DNA of 64,000 nt from a phage. The notes below the pieces were generated by a model, which was given only the letters and a program-made list of their open reading frames with translations, did not search any database and was not told where the DNA came from. Location of the stretch: sequence record PZ445530.1; one strand, 5' to 3'. The translations under genes and the position numbers were made by a program. Below are positions 27,911 through 36,569 of the stretch, piece by piece; positions within the stretch are counted from its first letter, which is position 1, and each line of letters opens with the position of its first letter.

Positions 27911-28270
27911 GTTCCACCCGTGAGTATTCCGGCAACAGCCGCTATGGACGTAATGATCATCAGGATCACCACTAAAACTTCGGACAATGTTCTCATTGTG
28001 TACTCCATATTCTACAAACTATGTGTGGATACTATCACTGGATCGGTAATGTGTCAACAGAAACGCCGCGAGGGTTTGGTTAAAATCCGAGCGTATGGTG
28101 ATTTGGGTCAAAACGGACGTGCGTTCTCGCTACGCTCGAAATACGGAGTTGTTTGTAGGGAGCTCTTAAACGCTCTGTAATGAGATTAACTGCCCAAGGT
28201 ATGCAATCGTGCACCAGATAAAGAAAAGGACGCCACAGAGCGTCCTAGGTGTCTTAAATTTGATATTTTG

Positions 28271-28582
28271 CTATACCCACGAGGGCTTATCAAGGTTGGA
28301 GTAGCTGAAAGGTGTCAAAAGGTGACTGTCAAAATCTCTCAAACTATCCAAATCTTTTTCCTCGTCCTGACACCATCTGTGCCTACATTTGTTGTTGTAG
28401 TGCATGGAATGCATAGCGTTCTGCAACTTAACAGGCACAAGTGATTCAGGAGTAGATAGTATTGTTGGGTATGCCAGAACCACCTCAAACAGTGGAAACA
28501 CATCGAAACTAAAGTCTACCTCTGCAGAGGTTGATGGCATGTAGGAGTATTTAGCCGCCTTTGTAGACATAATCCACCTCAC
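28271..28582 (-). CDS. hypothetical protein
   Basis: 103-aa ORF. Confidence 0.45.
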   Translation of the reverse strand: MRWIMSTKAAKYSYMPSTSAEVDFSFDVFPLFEVVLAYPTILSTPESLVPVKLQNAMHSMHYNNKCRHRWCQDEEKDLDSLRDFDSHLLTPFSYSNLDKPSWV

Positions 28583-28911
28583 ACAGGTTTGATAATACCT
28601 TCACCGAATAGCTCTTCGTATCTAATCTTGTCCGGATCCCACTCCTGGATAATTTCGAAGACAATATCCAACCCAGGAACAATCACTTCTCCAGTGTCAA
28701 GCTTAGCAAGAACAAAACCGGAAGGTTGAATGGTTTCCCAGTTACGGCGATCAGAATAAAATACTTCGAAAATATCACCAACCTCAATCCGTTTCTGTTG
28801 CTCAAGATGCTCAAGGTTCTCTTTCATACGGATGCAGCGTATTTTTCGTGCAGGCCATAGACCACCTGCATCACGTTCATTCAATTCTTTTACAGTGATC
28901 GGTATACCCAT
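28579..28911 (-). CDS. hypothetical protein
   Basis: 110-aa ORF. Confidence 0.5.
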   Translation of the reverse strand: MGIPITVKELNERDAGGLWPARKIRCIRMKENLEHLEQQKRIEVGDIFEVFYSDRRNWETIQPSGFVLAKLDTGEVIVPGLDIVFEIIQEWDPDKIRYEELFGEGIIKPV

Positions 28912-28938
28912 CTCAAATCTCCTTCATAGATAGTAAAA

Positions 28939-28958
28939 AGAGGGGCCCAAGCCCCTCT
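28939..28958 (-). terminator. bidirectional hairpin terminator
   Basis: AGAGGGGC-CCAA-GCCCCTCT flanked by A-run and T-run. Confidence 0.5.
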
Positions 28959-28966
28959 TTTTGTCA

Positions 28967-29272
28967 TTATTCTACAGAGCGTTTGAACAGAATGTCTGCC
29001 TCGGACATGTGCTCAACCTCTTCTTCGATTTTAGCTCGACGTTTTTCAGCCTCATAGCGAATATCGAACTCGGTAGCCACCAGAGATTTGATGAATTTAG
29101 GAGAATACAGGTGATCCTGCTTCTCAACGAGAATGATATCCTTAATGGCATCTTTCAGATCTTTAATCTGAAGTTGGAGTTCCACCAGTTCTTCGATTGT
29201 CTTGCGAAGGCGATCACGCTCTGCAGTGTCAGAAGGAAGAGAGGTGAACAGTTCAACTTTAGATTTAGCCAT
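28967..29272 (-). CDS. coiled-coil protein
   Basis: 101 aa, heptad-like charged pattern. Confidence 0.5.
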   Translation of the reverse strand: MAKSKVELFTSLPSDTAERDRLRKTIEELVELQLQIKDLKDAIKDIILVEKQDHLYSPKFIKSLVATEFDIRYEAEKRRAKIEEEVEHMSEADILFKRSVE

Positions 29273-29300
29273 AGTAAGAGTCTCCTTATGTTGTTTTAAA

Positions 29301-29552
29301 TTAACGTTCTACAAAAATACCGTTCAGTTCAATAACCAGGAATTTCTGGTCTTCACTGTCGTCTCGTGCCAGCACCTCACAGACGTATCGGTCATCTCCA
29401 TCATCATCGCAGTCAAATACAAGACTGAGGACTTTATCATGATAAACCTTCGCCACTACCGCCTCGTAAGTATTGCCGATTGTGAATCCAAGATAATCTC
29501 CGATGCATTTGACAACAACATGGTCGCCAGCATTCAAGTCAATCTTCGTCAT
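29301..29552 (-). CDS. small acidic protein
   Basis: ATG after AAGGAG SD; DCDDDGDD acidic patch. Confidence 0.5.
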   Translation of the reverse strand: MTKIDLNAGDHVVVKCIGDYLGFTIGNTYEAVVAKVYHDKVLSLVFDCDDDGDDRYVCEVLARDDSEDQKFLVIELNGIFVER

Positions 29553-29707
29553 TACTGCGCTCCTTGGGTAATAATACTGTATGTAAAACTTTAACCAGAG
29601 ATGTGAATAACGCCCCAAAACACACCGATAGCGCTAAAACAGACAAGGCCATCATTAAAGCTTCAGTAAAATCAGTCACTCCTCACCTCTTGTTAGTCAC
29701 TATACTG

Positions 29708-29971
29708 TCATTTATCCTTGCCGTCAAGAACTTTTTTAAATCTTTCAGGGATATCGCCTGTTCTTAGATAGCTCATGACCTCACAAGGTTCCCACTTGAA
29801 TTTCTTACAAAGCAGGGCGGCTGAGATTGTTTCATTGCGAAAAGAAAGGATATTAATATCCCATTCTGAGAACCCCAACTTCCGAAGGGTAGCTACAGAA
29901 ATCCTCACCGCAACCCAGCAGCAAAAACATGCAACAAACGCCACTGCTATAACCCACATCAGGATGTTCAT
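29708..29971 (-). CDS. putative membrane protein
   Basis: N-terminal TM ILMWVIAVAFVACFCCWVAV. Confidence 0.45.
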   Translation of the reverse strand: MNILMWVIAVAFVACFCCWVAVRISVATLRKLGFSEWDINILSFRNETISAALLCKKFKWEPCEVMSYLRTGDIPERFKKVLDGKDK

Positions 29972-30060
29972 ACAAGCACCTCACTGAAATACAAGACACA
30001 GTGTTAAGGTTACAGACCAGCAAATAATTAACAGTGCCGTTGCAACCTTGGCAAGATTTA

Positions 30061-30348
30061 TCATAGTGCCTCTAAGATTTCATATCCTTCGGGTCGGAAT
30101 ACAAGCCACTCCGTGGCTCCGTTTGGTCGATACGTTTTATACAGAACAACCTGATCTCGGCACATGCACATAGCTACATAGTTTTCATCCACACCTGCAG
30201 CCTGCATTGCAGCTTCTTCTCCGGCAACTGCTTTGCTTACAACCTCCTTAGTAGGCAGGTGTGCGATCAGCTCGTCACCATCATTAATTCCAAAATGGCT
30301 GAGTTCTCCATTGGTATCTTTAATCTTAATCTTAACCAGATCTTTCAT
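30061..30348 (-). CDS. small acidic protein (family member; ends ...YEILEAL)
   Basis: GGAGG SD; start overlaps stop of the alternate frame of the upstream gene. Confidence 0.55.
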   Translation of the reverse strand: MKDLVKIKIKDTNGELSHFGINDGDELIAHLPTKEVVSKAVAGEEAAMQAAGVDENYVAMCMCRDQVVLYKTYRPNGATEWLVFRPEGYEILEAL

Positions 30349-30400
30349 TAGTCTTCCTCCAGGTTCAAAGGCCCTAAGATTTCATATGCCAGATTAGAAG

Positions 30401-30679
30401 TTACCAGAGGGTCTTCTGCATCTTTAGTATTATACCACCCGTGAATAACCAGAGTCCCACACTCTGTTTCATATCTAACTGGAACTGTTCTGCAGTTTCC
30501 TCATCCATCTCTAAGATCTCCATAAGGTACTTGATGTTAGGAAGGTATGCAGCTGTTACAGTTCCCTCTACCAGACCTTCGGGCCAACCTACATCCGGAT
30601 GACAAGTAGGAACCAGATTAGTCAGCTTAATAGTGTACGCTTTTTCTGCACGAGCCTTCAGTAACGGGTCAATCTTCAT
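30401..30679 (-). CDS. small acidic protein (family member); 3' end may continue in another frame to 30351
   Basis: alternate frame is open to a TAA that overlaps the next ATG and encodes a family-like C-terminus ...YEILGPLNLEED. Confidence 0.45.
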   Translation of the reverse strand: MKIDPLLKARAEKAYTIKLTNLVPTCHPDVGWPEGLVEGTVTAAYLPNIKYLMEILEMDEETAEQFQLDMKQSVGLWLFTGGIILKMQKTLW

Positions 30680-31029
30680 TATTCGTCCTCCTCTTCGGTG
30701 CCTGCTTCCAGTAATAAGTTAAGAATATCTTCTGCACAAGGCTCATAGAACTCTTGGCCTTCATTATCAATGATTTTGTAGTCATCTCCACGAATAATCA
30801 GGGGATCACTCTCAAAATTATCGAGACCTTTAACAACGACAACACGATCGATTGCCATCATTGTAAGAACTTTATCGACATCTTCCTCTGCTACACCATA
30901 CTGCAGCAGAATGTCTTTGGTAGGAGGAACAGCATCCACCACAACGCCGTTACCAAAACCTTCCGGAAGTTTAGCTAAAATATCTTCCGGAACCACATTC
31001 ACATCAAAACCGGTAATTTCTACTTTCAT
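30679..31029 (-). CDS. small acidic protein (family member)
   Basis: MKVEI... start, ends ...EAGTEEEDE; shares GFG...EED...VVV pattern with 31030..31290 and 32454..32723. Confidence 0.55.
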   Translation of the reverse strand: MKVEITGFDVNVVPEDILAKLPEGFGNGVVVDAVPPTKDILLQYGVAEEDVDKVLTMMAIDRVVVVKGLDNFESDPLIIRGDDYKIIDNEGQEFYEPCAEDILNLLLEAGTEEEDE

Positions 31030-31290
31030 TTACAGCACCTCTTCGTCAACTACTTCATAAAAATGGCCTGGGATTGCAATAGCGTTCTCACCTTCACCTA
31101 CAAACACAGTTCCGTCAAGAATCAACATCATAAGAATTTCTGTAATATCCTCTTCCGGAACGTTGCCAAAACCTTTAATCAGCTCGTAGGTTGGAATATT
31201 TACCTCTAAGATGTCACCATCTTTAGAACGGAAATCAACACCGTCCTGAATCTCTGCCGTTTCAAGGTTTTTCAATTTAATCTTCATCAA
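31030..31290 (-). CDS. small acidic protein (family member)
   Basis: MMKIKL... start, ends ...YEVVDEEVL. Confidence 0.55.
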   Translation of the reverse strand: MMKIKLKNLETAEIQDGVDFRSKDGDILEVNIPTYELIKGFGNVPEEDITEILMMLILDGTVFVGEGENAIAIPGHFYEVVDEEVL

Positions 31291-31366
31291 TCGGTCTCCT
31301 GTCTTGTTAAGATGAAGGTATTATTTCACACAGGGTTGGCGTTGTCAACACCTGTGTGCAAGAAAA

Positions 31367-31762
31367 TTACTGAAACAGTGCGGATAAATTACCTTCTGGT
31401 GGGAACTTATCTGCCAAAAACGGTGTTAGCACAGTAGCCTTCTGAAGATCTGGGGTCCACTCGTTGTTCAGAACATCCCAGTAGTACGCAATGTTGCTGT
31501 GTGGGTGCCGCATTACGAACTTTTTCCCTTCGTAGTCATCTGAAACCTCTACAGAAGAAATAACAACAGAATCTTCAAGGGTTTCTTCATAGAAAGATCC
31601 ACCTTCAAATTTCCAACGAGATGCAAGAGCCCCTGCCTTGAACGCTGCAGATAACGGACTGTCGGCAAGAACATACATTTCTTGCACTCTGTCGCTGCGA
31701 TCTTTGCTTCTTACGTTGTATACAGTATCTGAGCTATACTCAACACGGTATAGGCTTACCAT
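31367..31762 (-). CDS. hypothetical protein
   Basis: 131-aa ORF. Confidence 0.5.
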   Translation of the reverse strand: MVSLYRVEYSSDTVYNVRSKDRSDRVQEMYVLADSPLSAAFKAGALASRWKFEGGSFYEETLEDSVVISSVEVSDDYEGKKFVMRHPHSNIAYYWDVLNNEWTPDLQKATVLTPFLADKFPPEGNLSALFQ

Positions 31763-32121
31763 TACCGCACCTCCTCAATAACTTCCACATCTGAACCTAC
31801 CGCAAATGCAAAAGGACAGGTTTCATGAAAGATATCCGGATCGCCGCCAAGCTTGCTAACAATTTCTCCACCACTAATAAACACAAGCTCACCGATATTC
31901 ATCAGATTGCTGAAATAGTACCCATAATGATTAAAGAATGCAGCAGGGTCAGGTAGACTAGTAGCCTCAAGCACTACATCGGTTGAGGTTACTTTCTTAT
32001 CATAACCTCTCGCCTTTTGAGATGCAAGATCTGCAGAATCCTCAGGAGACCGGAGATGCACAGGAATTGTTTCACCAATAAAGCGTACTTTCATATTATC
32101 ACCCAACAACCATAGCTTCAA
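31762..32121 (-). CDS. hypothetical protein (ends ...VEVIEEVR)
   Basis: 119-aa ORF. Confidence 0.5.
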   Translation of the reverse strand: MKLWLLGDNMKVRFIGETIPVHLRSPEDSADLASQKARGYDKKVTSTDVVLEATSLPDPAAFFNHYGYYFSNLMNIGELVFISGGEIVSKLGGDPDIFHETCPFAFAVGSDVEVIEEVR

Positions 32122-32362
32122 AAGGAGTCATGAACGAATAAACGGCATCATCATCTGCTTCAGGGAATGCTCCCAAAGACTTCATGTCTGAGCCCTTGAC
32201 AAATACAAGGTTTTGATCAAAAGCTTCTTGGGGGTCAATCCGATACATATTTCGTAGAATATCGCTTACCTCCTCATCAAGAGGTGAGTATGCTGTGCAC
32301 GTTTTTCCGATCAAGCTTTGAGAATCAGGGTAGCCACCTGAAGTTTTAAAATAAACAATCAT
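32099..32362 (-). CDS. hypothetical protein
   Basis: 87-aa ORF. Confidence 0.45.
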   Translation of the reverse strand: MIVYFKTSGGYPDSQSLIGKTCTAYSPLDEEVSDILRNMYRIDPQEAFDQNLVFVKGSDMKSLGAFPEADDDAVYSFMTPFEAMVVG

Positions 32363-32453
32363 ATAGTATCACCTCTGGTAAGAGATTGGGATTCCTTTCC
32401 CATAAATAATTACAAATCTTCCTTAGCGAGGAAGTATGCTAATCCAAGCAGGA

Positions 32454-32723
32454 TTATTCCTCTACAATCTCATACACATCAGGAGTTACAATCAACTCTT
32501 CTCCGTTACCCGGTGCAACAAACACCACCAAGCCTTCAGGTGTGTGCTTTTTAGCCATCTCGATAACATCTTCTCGCAGAGCTGGCTCCATCAGATCAAA
32601 GCCTTCACCCAGGGCATCACGAACCACCTTCATATAGTCCACTGGTTGTGCTTCAACAATCATGCCTTCAACCAGTCCACAGTTTTTGTCTGCCAGCTCA
32701 GTTTTGAATAATTTAATTTTCAT
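32454..32723 (-). CDS. small acidic protein (family member)
   Basis: MKIKLFK... start, ends ...PDVYEIVEE. Confidence 0.55.
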   Translation of the reverse strand: MKIKLFKTELADKNCGLVEGMIVEAQPVDYMKVVRDALGEGFDLMEPALREDVIEMAKKHTPEGLVVFVAPGNGEELIVTPDVYEIVEE

Positions 32724-32775
32724 TTAGAGGTCTCCTCAATTATTTGATATTAATAGCCGTAACCTAACACATTAA

Positions 32776-33030
32776 CTACAACTGCGATTGCAAACATAAT
32801 TTCAAAGCATGCCCATGGTAAAAATCTTTGTCCTTAGACAGTTTCTCATCTATATCTGCATCAACACATTCGTGATCCATAGCATTTTGCCTGAACGCAT
32901 CGGTTATGCCAATGCACGCCTTGCTCTCAAGACTGGTATATCCGATATCTTTTAATTCAGTTTCCCAAGTCCAGTACCCTATAAAAGCTAAAACAGCTAC
33001 CCACAGTAATAACGTTTTAATCTTTGGCAT
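32776..33030 (-). CDS. small secreted/membrane protein
   Basis: N-terminal hydrophobic LLLWVAVLAFIGYW. Confidence 0.45.
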   Translation of the reverse strand: MPKIKTLLLWVAVLAFIGYWTWETELKDIGYTSLESKACIGITDAFRQNAMDHECVDADIDEKLSKDKDFYHGHALKLCLQSQL

Positions 33031-33092
33031 TCTCTCTACCTCTTTCTTAGTTTATTTCACTATGGCACATCCTTTGTGCCATATCTCAACTA

Positions 33093-33563
33093 CTACTTAA
33101 ATAGTAGTTCAAAATAGTGCAAAATTAACAGAAGTTGAACTACACCTAGTGCAACGGCGAGTATGTTAATCTTAGAATCGAAAAACTTCTTAACTTTTAC
33201 TCTAAAAGGTTCCTTAATGTCCTTTACGATCCTATCTATAGATGACCTCATATCTCTGATTACCCTCCTGAACATTAAAGACGGATGCTCCCCCATCTCT
33301 GTAACGGAATCGAAAACATACTCTCTTCGGTCATAAGGGCCGCCAGCTCTGCGTATTAACCTCTCCACAGAGACCTCGAACGTCACACCTGTAACGTAAT
33401 CATCTATAACAAGTCGTGACGGGTCTTTACCTTTACTATCAAGAGGTATCAAAGTTATCTTTCCAGATTTTGTTAAAATTTCCCCTTTTTCAAGCAAGGT
33501 GTACCAATGCTCTCTGCCAAGACTGTTGAGGCACGTTTTTACATATTTAACAAACATCGTCAC
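33093..33563 (-). CDS. hypothetical protein
   Basis: 156-aa ORF with C-terminal hydrophobic segment. Confidence 0.5.
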   Translation of the reverse strand: MTMFVKYVKTCLNSLGREHWYTLLEKGEILTKSGKITLIPLDSKGKDPSRLVIDDYVTGVTFEVSVERLIRRAGGPYDRREYVFDSVTEMGEHPSLMFRRVIRDMRSSIDRIVKDIKEPFRVKVKKFFDSKINILAVALGVVQLLLILHYFELLFK

Positions 33564-33763
33564 CCCTCATCGCACGTCTGATATAACCACTCTATAAAAT
33601 CTTGATACCATTCGCCCTCTGAGCGCTCCGTAGGCCAATAATCTTCACCCTCTCGTGCATTAAAATCTGAGTATTCAACTTTCCACTCCTTTACCAGCTC
33701 GTGGAGAAGGTTTTCAGCCTGCTCTAAAGATTTATTTTTTACCATTGCTGTCTCCTTTTTCAA
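33560..33763 (-). CDS. hypothetical protein
   Basis: 67-aa ORF. Confidence 0.45.
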   Translation of the reverse strand: MKKETAMVKNKSLEQAENLLHELVKEWKVEYSDFNAREGEDYWPTERSEGEWYQDFIEWLYQTCDEG

Positions 33764-33964
33764 GATAGTTATACATCAGAACTGCACCACCTAAGATGGC
33801 TACCAGTAACAATACCCCAGATAGCATCTCAATAAACATGGCTTGAAACACTGGAAGGCCTCCCTAAATTAACGCACCATTTTAAATACATGCTCTTTTC
33901 CCATAAAGGTGCCTGGCTAAGATCTGCGTAGAACGCAATCTCTTTAAGAACAGTATAAACAGTT

Positions 33965-34201
33965 TTAGGTGCGGTCTCCATCCCTACCCTCCTTTTTCTC
34001 CTTACGGATATTCTTGTAGTAATCAACCAGGCACATTATCACGATGAAGATAACAACAGGCCAAAAAGGTGCAGCAGTGATGATGGTGATAAAATCATCA
34101 AACTTCACCCTTCGTCTGGACACGATGCATACACCTGTCAAGAATACCGCTGTTATAACGGACATTACCAGGTAACCTATTAGCACAACATTTATACTCA
34201 T
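33965..34201 (-). CDS. small membrane protein
   Basis: two hydrophobic segments. Confidence 0.45.
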   Translation of the reverse strand: MSINVVLIGYLVMSVITAVFLTGVCIVSRRRVKFDDFITIITAAPFWPVVIFIVIMCLVDYYKNIRKEKKEGRDGDRT

Positions 34202-34231
34202 TGGTCCTCCCTTTGTAGGTTAAATTGTATA

Positions 34232-34765
34232 CTACAAATGGCAGCTGAGGGTGTCAAGAAAATTATCCCGTTCTTTCTCAGAGTTTTCATGGGTGTAGCT
34301 GAAAAACATATCGAGAATAACCTTATTGATATATTCCAGCTCCTCTGTGTTCAGATGCTTAGCAGGATCTACAATGACATCCCAAATATCATACAGACCC
34401 CACTCATGATACCCATAACGCCACTCAATTGTCAAGCTGAGCGGCAAATCTTTACCGTCACAAACAACCTTCCATCTACATATGTTGGTATCTGGTCGTA
34501 CCTGTGCACGGTACACCTGTACAAAATCCAATTTGAATTTGAGGTACTCGTCATACAATTTAAGCACAAAGCTCTCGATTTGTGGAGACACTTTTGCAGC
34601 AAACTGTGCGTATTTGTACTTGCACTGGATGATCTTTCTGCGTTTTGCAGTTAAATTTTTTGCCGCCAGTTGTTCTTCAGTATATCTCCACCTACGATCA
34701 ACAAACGCAACAGGGTCTTTGTCTCCATAGAGGTCTTCCCAGTTAATCAGAAGCATACCTGTCAC
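34232..34765 (-). CDS. hypothetical protein
   Basis: 177-aa ORF. Confidence 0.5.
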   Translation of the reverse strand: MTGMLLINWEDLYGDKDPVAFVDRRWRYTEEQLAAKNLTAKRRKIIQCKYKYAQFAAKVSPQIESFVLKLYDEYLKFKLDFVQVYRAQVRPDTNICRWKVVCDGKDLPLSLTIEWRYGYHEWGLYDIWDVIVDPAKHLNTEELEYINKVILDMFFSYTHENSEKERDNFLDTLSCHL

Positions 34766-34995
34766 TCCTCTACAACTTCAAGGCCTTTACCGCCTCGCTC
34801 TGGCAGATTACTTAAAGATAGGTAATACATATAATCAGGAGAGATCCTGCCAGACTCTGCACCTGCAGCTAGTAAATCCTTCCCTTTAACCAGGACAACA
34901 TTCTCGTTTGCAGATAGCCGTTTTGTTTCCACAATTTTACCAACACAGTCAACCAAGGAAGGGTACCCTAAATCTGTAAGAAATTTAACTTTCAT
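34762..34995 (-). CDS. small acidic protein (family member; ends ...GLEVVEE)
   Basis: MKVKF... start. Confidence 0.5.
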   Translation of the reverse strand: MKVKFLTDLGYPSLVDCVGKIVETKRLSANENVVLVKGKDLLAAGAESGRISPDYMYYLSLSNLPERGGKGLEVVEE

Positions 34996-35032
34996 GCTAC
35001 CTCCTACCTACCGTCCCTGGTAAGATAAATTA

Positions 35033-35431
35033 TTACTGAACAGAGCGCGGTGCTGGGAAGGATAACTCTTCTAAAGAGAAGATTTCATTTCCTACCACCC
35101 AAGTTGCTGGGTCATCTGGATCAACAGGTTGGATAATCATTACCTCATCCGCCTCGCACACACGTTTCCCACCCATAGTAGCGTCAGCCACTAACATACG
35201 CGGCTCTTCAGAAATGCACAGGTAGCCACCTCGGCCCACTGTTCCTTCCACGGGATCCTGCCCTTTGACCACAATGAATACCTTCTCTCCTGTGGCGATA
35301 TTACTTTTCACACTAACAGTTTGACCAACTTTAGATGTACCGATCTTGGTGGCTTCAAACATTAAATCCCGAATTACTGTTGCATAGTTGCCGGACACTT
35401 TCTTACCTTCTTTAGTAATCTCAATCTTCAT
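35033..35431 (-). CDS. hypothetical protein (MKIEI... start)
   Basis: 132-aa ORF. Confidence 0.5.
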   Translation of the reverse strand: MKIEITKEGKKVSGNYATVIRDLMFEATKIGTSKVGQTVSVKSNIATGEKVFIVVKGQDPVEGTVGRGGYLCISEEPRMLVADATMGGKRVCEADEVMIIQPVDPDDPATWVVGNEIFSLEELSFPAPRSVQ

Positions 35432-35703
35432 AATCTAGGCTCCTTAAATGAATCTATGTAATCAATTAAATCCCAAACATCGCGATGGGCTGTCAGAGGG
35501 TATACTTCTCCGAGAGGGATCATAGCAATAAGTCTATCAAAAACCCAGTCTGGACGCAACATTTTATGGTGATATTCCCACTCACCTTCCACAGATTTTT
35601 TCTGAGTGATCAGGATCTCTGTGTAGTGTTTCGCCTGTCTTGAGTAGATTGAAAATGACTTGTACATAAATGACCCCCTCTTGTTGAAAACAACAATACA
35701 CAA
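35428..35703 (-). CDS. hypothetical protein
   Basis: 91-aa ORF. Confidence 0.45.
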   Translation of the reverse strand: MCIVVFNKRGSFMYKSFSIYSRQAKHYTEILITQKKSVEGEWEYHHKMLRPDWVFDRLIAMIPLGEVYPLTAHRDVWDLIDYIDSFKEPRL

Positions 35704-36018
35704 CTACCAGGTTACTGTCAAGTAGGCAACCGTATTATTTTTCTCTGGGGAGATGCCAACAACATCTACCTGCAGACCTCCTGCCCTTAAATCTCCAACA
35801 ATGTGCGGGAAGTAATCTGAGAGATGCGAGGGTAGATTTATCGAAAATCCGCACCCCAGAAAGCCTGCTAACGCTTTATTTTGTATCTCCCCCACAATCG
35901 AATCATAAATGGAGTTAAGCTCGTCAGGGAGCGTTACAGGACGTTTTAGCGCTAACTGGTGTAATTTGTCCTTAGCACTCATTTTCATTTCAGGTCTACC
36001 TCTGGTGGTGCCAACCAC
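35704..36018 (-). CDS. hypothetical protein
   Basis: 104-aa ORF. Confidence 0.45.
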   Translation of the reverse strand: MVGTTRGRPEMKMSAKDKLHQLALKRPVTLPDELNSIYDSIVGEIQNKALAGFLGCGFSINLPSHLSDYFPHIVGDLRAGGLQVDVVGISPEKNNTVAYLTVTW

Positions 36019-36518
36019 ATAAATGGCGGCAAGCCTAAACGGTTTTTCTTATCCCACACAAAATATGCATATGCTTGCCCGTCAGTTCTGCCATTTGATT
36101 GAAAAGATGGACGCTTAGATATTGTGATCACAGAGGTAGGTGCATTATCAAGCCACCATTCAAATCTGGCTTTGCTTTCCAGAAAATTAAGACGCAAAAG
36201 CATAATAACTACGTCAGCATCTTTCAACGCCTTGTCTACAAACTCACGAGCCAAACTGTATGGTGGGTTGGTGATAATACAGTCAACATGGTTGTATTCT
36301 GTATTCAGATAGTCAACACCTTCTTGGATTTCTCCCCATGCAGATCCTAACGGCATACGGGAGTAGAACACACCTGAGGCACTATTCCTGCAAGGCTCTA
36401 AGTAGGTCCAGTCTTCTGGGAACGGAATAAGGTCATACAGCCCTTCTGCACACCACTCCGGTGTCACATACTCATCGTAAGCGTTACGTTGTTCATCAGG
36501 TTTTCTAGCACAAGTCAT
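35985..36518 (-). CDS. DNA methyltransferase (N6-adenine/N4-cytosine type, DPPY class)
   Basis: catalytic motif DCIITNPPY; upstream YVTPEW. Confidence 0.6.
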   Translation of the reverse strand: MTCARKPDEQRNAYDEYVTPEWCAEGLYDLIPFPEDWTYLEPCRNSASGVFYSRMPLGSAWGEIQEGVDYLNTEYNHVDCIITNPPYSLAREFVDKALKDADVVIMLLRLNFLESKARFEWWLDNAPTSVITISKRPSFQSNGRTDGQAYAYFVWDKKNRLGLPPFMWLAPPEVDLK

Positions 36519-36534
36519 GCAAATCTCCAGATCA

Positions 36535-36557
36535 TAAAAGCCCTCCGAAGAGGGCTT
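36535..36557 (-). terminator. hairpin terminator between ClpP-like and MTase genes
   Basis: AAAGCCCTC-TTCG-GAGGGCTTT followed by TTTTAT on minus strand. Confidence 0.45.
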
Positions 36558-36569
36558 TAGAATTAATGT

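Noticed and set aside
28961-29299. Plus-strand ORF overlapping the minus-strand coiled-coil gene 28967..29272
   Set aside because: The minus-strand frame gives a coherent charged coiled-coil protein and matches the block's strand; the plus-strand frame is Phe/Leu-rich shadow.
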